Assembly: GCF_036321535.1 (NCBI RefSeq)
Contig: NC_087437.1
Span: 33,978,001 to 34,042,000, forward strand
Length of the DNA stretch: 64,000 bases
DNA from: Camelus dromedarius
Taxonomy: Eukaryota
Reading direction: 5' to 3'
A model generated the notes under the pieces. The model saw only the letters and a list, made by a program, of their open reading frames with translations, was not told the DNA's origin and did no database searches. Positions 54,000 to 64,000 of this stretch are shown here, piece by piece (position 1 is the first letter of the stretch; each line of letters begins with the position of its first letter). The position numbers and the translations under genes were made by a program.

Positions 54000-54750
54000 A
54001 GAGCAATAACGTCCTCTAACTGGTGCTGCTCCTGCCCTTGCCCCCATTCTGTAGTCTGTTTTCAACACAGTATCCAGAATAGTCTTTTAAGACCTAAGTC
54101 AGAGCCTGTCATCATCTCAAAATTCTCCTCCTCGGAGAAAAAAGCCCACGTCCTCCTGAGGCTCTCAGGACCTTACGTTTCCTCGCCCCTGACTCCTCAC
54201 AAACTCCTCTCCCACGTGTCCCCTTCACCTTCCCACCCCCACCCTCATTCCCCCCTCTTCCCGTGCCGGCCTGGCCCTGCACATGCTGCCCCTCCTGCCC
54301 AGCGTGTGTGTCCCTCAGGGCCCCCCGTGTAGGGTTGCAGATTTAGCAGACAGTCTGCAGTGTTTGGGACATGCTTATACTACAAAAATTGTTCTCTGTT
54401 TATCTGGAATTCACATTCCCCTGGGCATCCTGTATTTGTCCTGTCCGCAACCCCCATGGCTTACTCACTGGCTTTTCAGATCTTTGCTCAAATGTCACCT
54501 TCTTGTGTAGGCCTTCTCTGGACTTACTATGTCAACTTCCAACTCCCCAGTTCCATCCCAATATTTCTATGACACTCCCTAATTTATTTTTGTAGTTGGC
54601 ACTCATCACCACCAATCAGACAACATAATGTATTCGTTTATTTTCCATCTCCCTCATTCCATGGACGCTCGCCAAGGGCAGGGGTTTTTATGTTTGTGTC
54701 CCTCTGCTCTCCCAGTGCTAGGAACAAGCTCTCAAACAATATGAATGGCT
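54000..54750 (+). mobile_element. L2 LINE remnant
   Basis: CCTCTAACTGGTGCTGCTCCTGCC...TTCAGATCTTTGCTCAAATGTCACCTTCT...CCAAGGGCAGGGGTTTTTATG...CCCAGTGCTAGGAACA. A second piece lies at about 56140-56560. Confidence 0.65.
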
Positions 54751-55277
54751 ATGCCTACTGTATATAAAACAGACTAAGAAGAAAAGCACTGTGAATGTAC
54801 TAGAGCATTGTGCTTTCTTACATTTTGATGGCCATTGGGGTGACTTTCAATCCCCCTCCCTCCCAGCCCCCCACCATTAGCCTGCACTGGTTTCATTGTC
54901 TGTGGGTCAGATTATCCCCTATTGTCACTTTTCTCATCTGTGAAATGGGATTTTTTCCTGGTTAACATACTGGTGTGAGAGTTGGCAGGTCCTTTCTGCA
55001 TCTTTCCGCCTGAACAAGTCAGTCACCATGAATTAGGAGCCACCTTCTCCTGATACACATAACGGGCTCAGTGAAGACTGTCAAGCAGCCCAGGGAAGCC
55101 ATGCATCACTTCACCTCCCAATTATTTATTGCTAATATACGGACATATACTTGATTCCCATAGACTGCCTTTCCAAATAGGTGACTGTTTTGAAAAAGGG
55201 TTTCGCTGCTTCCAAGGGCTAGGTGGATGGATGCAGGATGAGGTGGATGGATGCACTGTGTTTGTCTTTTAACATAT

Positions 55278-55434
55278 GTTTTATTTATTTATTGTTATTA
55301 ATTTTGGGGGAGAGTTAATTAGGTTTATTTATCCATTTATTAATTATTATTATTTTAATGGAGGTACGAGGGATTGAACCCAGGACCTTGCTCATGCTAA
55401 GCGCTGCACTCTACCACTGAGCTATACCCTCCCC
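55278..55434 (-). mobile_element. Camelid tRNA-derived SINE, long form, reverse orientation
   Basis: TAATTAGGTTTATTTA...TGGAGGTACGAGGGATTGAACCCAGGACCTTGCTCATGCTAAGC...CACTCTACCACTGAGCTATACCCTCCCC is the reverse complement of the SINE head. Confidence 0.92.
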
Positions 55435-58400
55435 ACTAATTTACAGTGTTGTGTCAATTTCTGGTCTACCGTGCTTTGAACAGCCTAATCCAAGCAGGGA
55501 TGATCAGAGAGAAATTCTCTGGCAGAATTTCTCATGGTGGTTTTGCTTTTAAAGGTTCTCACATCGTCAGCCTCTTCATGTGCTTCTCTCCCTTCCAGGA
55601 TTTACATTAGCACAGAGGCTACTGAGGCGTATGTTGTCATTTTCAGTCGTAGCCGTGTTAAAAGATAGAGCTATCGACCTCCATTTTCCAGCCTTGGGAG
55701 GAAGCCAATCTCTTCAGGAAAGAGCCTTGCCCACAGCTTCAGGCCTGGCAGCCTTCAAGAGGCCAGATCCTTCTAAACGGTCTCTGATAGAAAGCTTTGA
55801 AATATTGTTAACTTGAAAGCACAAGCTTAGGTCAGAGGTCCATTTTGTAAAAACTCCCAAATATTTTCTCCTCTTTCCCTACAGTTGGTTTTGGGGATTA
55901 GTGCGTCTATCAAAACAATGACATGCTTTCATCCCTGTCTTGCCATGGCTTAAATTCCCTCATGACCACCTCCGACATAGAGCCCACCCCTCACATTCTT
56001 AGCTACTGTGGGAATGGAGGCTTAGAAGGGAAAAGGTAAAATGATACGAAGATGGCTCTCATCTTTTTCCTCCCTCGGGATCATAAAGAGACTCTTCTCC
56101 AAACACACACCTGGGCCTGAGGAAGCGCAATAGAAATCTTTAATGCTCCCCCATTTTCTTTAGGATAAATTTCAGACCCCTTTGCATGACATTCAAGGCC
56201 TAACCATGATCTGAACCCTGGGCAGAAACACACCTCCCTCCAAACCCTGCACTCCTGCACCTACGTTGCCATCAGTCCACTTTCTTTGCGGTGATGCCTC
56301 AGCCTGGGTGGTCTGCCACCCATACACCTGCTTCTACCTGTTGCAAGCTGATGCACCTTAAGGCTCAAATGCCACCTCATTCTGGAAACTTTCTCCTTCT
56401 CAGTGCACTTTGTTTTTACTTTTGTAAGATCCCATTTACAGCTAGTGACGTCTAAGTCCGTATCCCCCATTAGACAACAGGCTTCCTGAGGGCAAAGGCA
56501 CAGTTTTCATTTCCAGCCCTACACACAGAGTATGTGTTCAATAAATAGGTGTTGGACTGAATTGCATTTTTTGCAGCTGGTGCTGTCATGAGTCCCCAGG
56601 ATCAGGGTTTTGCATCCTAACAGCAGAGAGAAGCTCCAACGCATGCACTGCAGCAGGGGGTTGGTGAAGCTGACTCGCGACTCCTGGTACCTGGCTTATG
56701 AGCCTGTTGGCCATTTGCCAGCATCCCACATGCCAAGATGGGGGACAAGGAGCAAGGAACAAAAGGAAAGAGACAGACATCCCACCCTTCCCAGAGACAG
56801 TGCATTAAGAACGGGCCTCCACACCTACCCCTCCTTCACCAAGAGAAGATTCCCGAGATGACCCTCCTGATCATCCCCAAGCACTTTTTCAAGGTATCTG
56901 TGGTCAGTGGAGGCGGGTTCGCATCCTCAAGCCGCCTTTCTTAATAGATTGAATTTTGCAAAGTTTTCACAATCTTTTTACCATAGAGGGGGATCATCTT
57001 ACTGCCTCCTGAAATACCAAATATTTCTTGGGCAAAATGTTTCAGCCTAGTTGAAGTGTCACATCCAGCACATAAAACAAAAGATGTCCTATGTTGCTCT
57101 CAAGTGCTAAAGCTCAAGAGTATATCAATTTAAGTAGCACATCAAGATGCTTTAGAAGTTCTTGCTGGAGAAAGTAGTAAACCGGTCTTCATGCTCAGAT
57201 TGCGGTGGGTTACTTAATGGTTAACAAAGGAAAGGAAATACAGTCTGTCCCTCTTGACACCAAGCCACGTGAGGGCTCATTTCCCAACCCCCTCTTCCTG
57301 TGAATGAGAAAACAAGGTATCAAATTTGACTTCATTTAAGATTCCACTCAATTTAAGCCTGGTTTCATCCACAGCAGGGAAAAAAATATATTGACCTAAT
57401 GGAAAGGGAAATTTCATAGCATTTTAGTGCATTATTTGATACAGCCTTTGAAATCTAAGCTCAATGAAAAGTAAATAAATAAACTATAAGTTCAATGATG
57501 CTATTTTTCTGTCTTGTTCTATAGATTTTTATTTGATTGAGAACTTTGCTCCCCATAGTTAATAGTATTGACGAATAATTTTTGTCTTCATTCTTTTGCC
57601 TGGTTCGGGTGTAGCTGTGTTTTGCCCTGTTGAGACACTGTGTTTTTCTGAGGCAGTAGTAATGTATCTATCACCTTTAAAATTAAGAAAATAATTCTGG
57701 ATATAAACTTATCTCCACTTGTTTTTAGTCAGTATATCTGAAAATCTAACATATGTTTTATCACAAAAGGAACACAGTGATCTGTCTAAATGTGGGAAAA
57801 AATCATTTCAACAAGGCTTCAGTTAAGGGCCTGATCGGAAATAGAAATTTAGTACAAGTGCATTGCTCCTATTTAAAGTAGCACTGGGGCCTCAAACATC
57901 ATGATTTAGACATCAAGCGATTTTTAAGAAATGAATATGCAATGCATATTTTAAGCCAAAAGCTTAGTATTTTTCTAGGAAAGTGGGTGGAGATGGGGGA
58001 TGGGAAGAAAATGGGAACATTGCTATGGTGCATATCAGTGCATCCATGATTTTTGGAAAATAGAGACCCCGCTTTCACAGACACACAGGCACAATCTTAG
58101 GTAACTAAGATTTCACGTGCAGAAGCTCAACACTAATAGCGCCATATCCTACTGTTTATTTATATTCTCTATACCAAGGGAAAATTTGAAATCTTGGTGT
58201 ACTTAGTATTCCCCTGTGCGCTATCTAGAAGCATCAGAAATTACCAAGCTTCCTGAAATAGAAAGTACTTTGACGAAATTGCTTGAATTCAGAAGAAAAT
58301 AACCATCAAAAGACCTAGTGACAATCAGTGTATGTAGGAGGGCCGCTAATGGGAAGAGAATTCTAAGAACAAAGGGAAACATGATGAGAGCATTACTGTT

Positions 58401-59444
58401 GGTCCCCCCCACCCCCGGAAGCTGTGCTGCCGTCGTCCAGGTGACCACAGCCGAGTGTCTTACGCTCAGGCTTTCAGCTGGATAAGAAGATTGATGTCTC
58501 TGGCCCTCAGTTTTTCTGATATGGGTAAACCACTGGCATTCAATCTACTCCCAACACATTCAACCTCCTCCACTCCACACTCCCAATGTCATTATTTTAA
58601 CTTTTTAAACCTACACTGAAAAGTCCAGTGCAAAATCACATGCAGATTTTCATGGTTTATCTAGCTATCAGACTACCTTATTTGAAAAGCAAAGCAAATT
58701 TAGAGAAACATTGCACGGAAGGGGAAAAGTCATTTTTTGGAAAGATATAAACCAGGTGTCAGTTTGTATAGCACGTGGAATTTGGATGTTAGGGCATAAG
58801 GAAGGGCGGTGGGAGGCTAAAGGGTTAATCAGGATGAAGTAGAGTTTCCATTGATGAATAGGAAAATCTTTTGACAATGCGTAAGTGATTTCTCAGTAAT
58901 GGGGTCGGTGTTCTCAGAGTCAATAATTTCCACCAGTGGCCGATAATGATCATTTAAAAGCATTAGCTCACGTGACCAGTGCGCCTTGACAGGCAACTGA
59001 AGCTCTCCGTTCTAGTCCTTGAATTTCAGGGCAGGGGGGCGAGAAGAGGCCCTTTCAACCTCTGATATTGTAAGTGGCTATGTGTACATTTTCTAAGGGG
59101 AATCATTAGTATCTGGGTCCATGTTTTGCCAGCACAGTTCGTTTTAGAGAGGACAGCAGGAGAGGAAGGAACCAGAGGAAATTCTCTGTAGGGAGAAAGA
59201 GTGGCTGTTATCCCCCTGTTTGCATAGCTACTGCAAAACCGCCAAACACGGTCAGCTCAAGCCTTCCGAGGTGGTGTTTTGTTTTGTTTTTTCCCATTCC
59301 TGTGTTCATTTGGCCCTCATGGAAGTGAAATTGATTAGTGTTGATCCCAAGCACCTAAAGCCAGGATCTTGCCATCATGCCTAGAAATATGATCTAAAAT
59401 AGAAGGATAATGACTTATAATGAATTTTTTTCAAGATCTAGAGC

Positions 59445-59606
59445 TGTGCTCCTAAAATTTTAAGTGCACTCAAAAATCTTAGAGTTCTTTTAAAAGTGCA
59501 TTTTCTGATTCAGCCGGTCTGGGGTGGGACCTGAGAGTTTGCATTTCCAGTAAGCTCCCGGGTGATGTGGATACTCTGGTCGGAGGACACACTTTGAGAG
59601 GGAAAG
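59445..59606. mobile_element. MER5A1-like hAT-Charlie remnant
   Basis: TTCTGATTCAGCCGGTCTGGGGTGGGACCTGAGAGTTTGCATTTCCAGTAAGCTCCCGGGTGATG...CACACTTTGAG, flanked on both sides by TCTAGA. Confidence 0.8.
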
Positions 59607-61631
59607 CTCTAGAAGACATCAAAGGTCAGTCCACGTGGTAGGGAAATATCAGATATTTTAAGCCAGAACAAACCATCCAGATAGTGGTGGTACAGCGCCT
59701 TCTGGATAGGGTCTGTGCTGTGAGCCTGTGTGCCAAGCACTTCTTTAGGGAGGGTGCAAAGTGAATCCACCACCACTGGGGTCCAAGGTTCAGGAGATGT
59801 TCTACTGCTTGCCCCTGTATAGTACTTATTAGGGAGTCACTTATGCCAAGAAAAGCTGTAGAAGGTAGAGTGGGGGAGTGGTCTTTATTTCTTTCTTAGT
59901 ACTAGTCCTTGTTGCTATTGTATGGCTGAGAAATTTCTATCTCGGATTTTGAGATGCCCTTCTGCAAAGGGTACTAGCTTATTAATGTATGTGCTTATAT
60001 GTATAGATGTATGTATGTGGCCAATATATTATTAGTGTATTTCAAGTAACTGGATTATGTGTATGCAGATGCATAATTAATAGTGAGAGTTCAGTAATTT
60101 TAACTGTCTATTTCAGACAACCCTGCTAAAGTCAAAAGATGTCAGCAATTAGGATTATAGTTTTACGTATTTTACTAGGTCTTATAATATCTAAATTTGT
60201 ATAATTGCATCCATGTTAGCTGTTGATTGTAGGTAGAATACTAACCCCGGTAAGAGGGTGAAATTCCTCAAATTCGTGGTAGGCCCCCTCCTTCAACCCG
60301 AGCAGACTCATTTTTACCTTTTGAATGTATGTGGTTTCCAGAGAAGATTTGGGTTGAAAAGCACTCTTATGAGCTATTCATGTTTCCTTCTGGGGGCAGC
60401 ACTCCGAGGAAAGATTATAAGCAACACATACCTTTCTCCTCTGTTCACATATTTATTCAACAGCTCTTCATCGTCCACTTAACGTGTAGAAGGCAGTGTC
60501 TAGATGCTGTAGAGAAAACGAGCTGAATAAACACAAATTTCTGTCCCCTTTGAGAAAGGCTAGCAACCCTAACGGTGTTGGAAAGAAACCATTGTGGCTC
60601 TGAAAACAACAAGGTAAACTCGAAAGGAGAATTCACTATGCAGTGTGCTAGGTCATGACCATCAGTGAAGGAGCTTTTGTTTCCTATCTTGAGATCTGAC
60701 CATCAGGGGATAGCGGTGGTACACACTGCTGTTCCAGGTGTGTGATTTAGGAAGTCAAATCCATATGTGGTATTGCTGTATGAGACCTGCCGGAATTCAC
60801 TCTGTATTAAATCCTGATTTTTAAAAACTATGCTTGATGATTTAGCTGGGTACAATTGTTTCTTACTGGGGCAGCCAGTAGGAGGCGGTCTAGCATGCCT
60901 GTTGAGAACGTGGGCCACAGACGCAGAGGGCCCATGATCAAATTCTGGCCTGGCCATCAGCAAGCGACTGCGTCAGTGGCGAGTAGATATCCTCACTGGG
61001 CTCTCACTCCACTATAAAATGCAACTGATAATAATATCTACCTCAGAGCGGTTCTGTGAGGGGCAAAGGCATATGTAAGAGGCATGTGTAAAGTGCCTTC
61101 AAAGCAGAGCATCCTTTATTTTAACCACAAAACCTTAGCTTTGGAGAATTCTTCAGTGTAGGGAACACCCACCCTGGGGGAGCACTTGGTGGCCAGCACG
61201 GCCTTACAGGCCACGGTGTACTGGGCTTCATACGTGCAGATGGTGGGACCCTCGTCCAGAGTGAGGGTCCTGGGGTCTGGCTGAGAGTAAGACAAGGGAG
61301 ATCTCTGCTAGGGAGAAGCTTTGCATGAAGGCAAGTGTGGCTCAGGAGATGCAACTTGTCATCATATTGTCTGACAGAAGTGCAGGTCATTCCCTCAGGG
61401 TGTCTGAGGCAGGGAGACGGCGGTGGGGTGAAGGGAGGCCTTGGATCTGGGTCAGGGGCTGCAGAAGAAGGCATTTGCTTTATTGATGTACAGCTGCCGT
61501 GAACTACATTGAGACCCAGTTATGCCACAAGTCTTCTACAAATTGATTTTTTTTCTTAATTTGTGGAGAGAAGTAGCAGACAGCTGAATGTGACCATGTC
61601 AGCAGAGGTTCAGATGCCAATTTATGATACA

Positions 61632-61866
61632 GTAGGAGTTGAGGATTAACAGATACACATTACTATATATAATATAGACAAACAAGGACCTACTGTACAG
61701 CACGGAGAACTATATTCGATTTCTTGTAATAATATGTAATGGAAAAGAATCTGAAAGGTATATACATATCTGTATGTACATGTATAACTGAATCGCTTTG
61801 CTGTACGCCTGAAACTAACACTGTAAATCAACTACACATCAATAAAAACAACTAAAAAGAAAAAAA
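61632..61866 (+). mobile_element. Short L1 3' end (artiodactyl-type 3' UTR)
   Basis: GGATTAACAGATACACATTACTATATATAA...CAAGGACCTACTGTACAGCACGGAGAACTATATTC...GCTGTACGCCTGAAACTAACAC...AATAAAAA plus A-rich tail. Confidence 0.87.
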
Positions 61867-62599
61867 CTCTTAACAGTGTTGAGGTTGGTGAAGAAATCAC
61901 ATTGGGAAGCCTGTCGACTGGTACATTCGCTGCTTTCTATCTGAGCGTGTCAGAGCATAAGATTGTGCTGCTAAATGGGGCCTTGGCCTTTCAGTTCTTC
62001 TTTGGCCCATTTCTCCTGCAAACAGTGACTTTCAAAAAAAAAAAGTACTGGATATAGAGTTCACAGCCACAGTAGTTCCCTAACGAGGAGTGTGCGTTTG
62101 CGTGTGGACTTCTGTTTGTCTGCTTCTTGCATCAAAACATCCTCCAGCTGTGGGCCTTTTCCTCCTCTGTATGTAAAGCCAGTAAACAAAACCCAAAGCC
62201 ATGGGAAAAGCGTAGACAGAGCAGCAGAAAGGAACGTCCTCTTTTGTGAAAAAGCCCGCCACTGGCGGAATTTTAAAGAAAAGTTGATGGATCTTTTTCT
62301 CTCGCCTATATTAATAGAACAAAGTGCCGATCCTGGGGCAGTGGGTCCTTCTCTGTGTTGGAAATAAATTTCATTCTTGTTCTAGGGTTTTTCCCTGAAG
62401 ATGAGACTCTTACATCTGATTTTAAGAAATGATTGGTTATGGGAAAAGGCAGGCGGGTGGGGTGGGCAAAGCAAGCATCTGTCTTACAGGTTAGCTTTTA
62501 AATTATACTGTTTAGTTTTGTCATGGGATACACCCGGCTTTTAACTCACCAGTGAAGTCTGTGAGGCTGGGCTTTTGCATCTATTTTTATCCCGTACAC

Positions 62600-63048
62600 T
62601 CTACCCTGGTTCAGAATAAGGTTGCTGGATTCCTCGCAGAACTCCTGTCCACACTCAGCCCTGGACGGGGGAGTTGGGAAGTTGAATCAGCTTTTTCTTG
62701 ATTGGGGGTCGGAAAGGTACTGGGGAGAGGAACTTGGGGAGAGGAATCTAGACAAGATCAAAGGTGACAGCAGACGTGGGAAGGCTGGACTCTCCACCAG
62801 CCGAGTGTCAGAGCAGAGGGAGCCTCAGAGGACAGCAGCCGCCCCTGTGCCAGAGCACAGGACAGACGGGGAGGCCAGGCGGGGCGGTGTCTCTGGGACA
62901 GAGGGGGCCAAGGTCACCGCACGGCCAGACACAGACTCTTAGCTGGCTCTCCATGGCAGCATGAGCGGCCACCAGGGTTCTGGACAACTTCAGCCTATCA
63001 GGATTCATGGGAGGTTATTTCTTAAGTGAAATTCTAAAGAGTTAAAGG
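62600..63048 (+). promoter_or_regulatory. Probable promoter and 5' UTR of the second alternative first exon
   Basis: Repeat-free, G-rich segment with scattered CpGs and a GGGGCGG GC box at 62881-62887, directly upstream of the 63049 ATG. TSS unknown. Confidence 0.4.
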
Positions 63049-63126
63049 ATGAATTTGGACAGTGATGGAATGGATGACATCATCAGTCAAGAATCCCCAT
63101 TGGATATGGAGGGGAATTATAAAAAG
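63049..63126 (+). CDS. SCHIP1: Coding part of a second alternative first exon of SCHIP1, MNLDSDGMDDIISQESPLDMEGNYKK
   Basis: ATG at 63049 (aggATGa) with an in-frame TAA at 63043-63045, 26 open codons, then AAG|GTAAGG donor at 63127. Phase 0 is the same as the 51803 exon, so it can join the same downstream exon. It resembles another short SCHIP1 isoform N-terminus as I recall it, with less certain recall than for the first exon. Confidence 0.78.
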
Positions 63127-64000
63127 GTAAGGGGAGAGAGCTCTTTTGTTTGTAAACAATCGGACCATTTTTCTAACGGGGAGAAAGATCACCCTTGAGG
63201 AGTGGCCAAATTCCACACTCAGTGGCCCTTGCCGTAATATATTCAGGAAAGCTGAATGCACAGAATCAAATGCATTGAGCTGGGACAGTTCTTTCTACTT
63301 TCCCCAGCTTGTATTCATTAATATATTATAGCAGTAACTGGAAGACACATGCTATTATTCTGAAGTTGAAAAAAAAAATCTGTGATGCAGTAGTTTGTAA
63401 GCAGGCTTTTTATGTAAAGGAATAGTTTTAAAATTATTGACATGTTGACAGCTTACCTGCAAGAAACAATTACTAGCATGTGTAATCTATCTAAGTTTGA
63501 CCTTATGAAAAATACAAAGTTTTACTAAGAGAAGTGTGAAATTTTAAAAAAATTGTTACCATGTCTGCTAATTCTTTGCTTGCCTTTTTATTTGGGAAAG
63601 TCAGTAAATATATTTTTGGTATGTTTTATATGGTCATTGTCTGGTAATAACAGGCCCAAGAAAAAATAACTTTAGTTACATGGGTGAGGTCGTGAGATTA
63701 AACTACGAGTATATGCTTGTCTGTCCACAGAAGGCTAAACACTACGTCCACCCACCTTATTATTTTCCATAAGTCAAGTGTGGGTCACAACACAGCACAG
63801 TATGAAGAATTAGGGCCCTTCCATCATGGACTGGAAAGAAAGACCTCTTTTCTCTCAGAGGCCAATATCCTAAAACAGTAAAACCTGCTCCTAAAATTTT
63901 AATTTGATCAAATATGTCACTAACTTTTTTCCCCCTAGATTGAGATGGAAACTTCTATTTTGATAGCGCTTTAAGAATAATAATGTAAAATATGGCAGTT

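Noticed and set aside
53807..54001. ORF ending in a poly-His run
   Set aside because: It is the translation of a (CAT)n microsatellite at about 53975-53998, with no splice signals or homology.
55509..55533. Perfect 10-bp inverted repeat GAGAAATTCT-N5-AGAATTTCTC
   Set aside because: One such AT-rich hairpin is plausible by chance in 64 kb, and there is no supporting context.
63074..63083. CRE/ATF-like near-palindrome ATGACATCAT inside the second first exon
   Set aside because: It is explained by the D-D-I-I codons and cannot be distinguished from chance without binding data.
1..64000. The many 60-156 aa ORFs in the six-frame track as genes or an operon
   Set aside because: Their length and density fit random ORFs in mammalian intron, and many overlap repeats. 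Only the L1 ORF2 remnants and the ORF overlapping the SCHIP1 exon (51641-51850) contain recognisable protein sequence.
63127..64000. Shared downstream SCHIP1 exon ([24 protein letters not shown])
   Set aside because: I did not find it by eye after either donor, so it should lie beyond the window end. The splice partner is inferred, not observed.

Overview
This is mammalian nuclear DNA, almost certainly camelid: it carries six tRNA-derived SINEs matching the camelid Vic-1 type as I recall it. The window is mostly intron of the SCHIP1 / IQCJ-SCHIP1 locus on the + strand. The only coding sequence I can support is two short alternative first exons, both ending in a phase-0 GT donor. One is 51803-51832 (MVHQENCSYQ, the N-terminus I recognise from the short SCHIP-1a isoform). 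The other is 63049-63126 (MNLDSDGMDDIISQESPLDMEGNYKK, a probable second short-isoform N-terminus). The shared downstream exons ([13 protein letters not shown]...) are not in the window. In both leaders an upstream ORF stops 1-3 nt before the main AUG. The rest is ordinary eutherian intron: L1, L2, MIR, MaLR/ERVL LTRs, hAT DNA transposon remnants and microsatellites. Several nested insertions have readable target-site duplications (TSDs), and there are two unexplained retro-like inserts inside an old L1. The ORF-track proteins are noise apart from L1 ORF2 remnants and the ORF overlapping the first SCHIP1 exon. I see no prokaryotic-type system (CRISPR, operon, defence locus). Repeat subfamily names come from memory of consensus sequences, and boundaries of old repeats are approximate.
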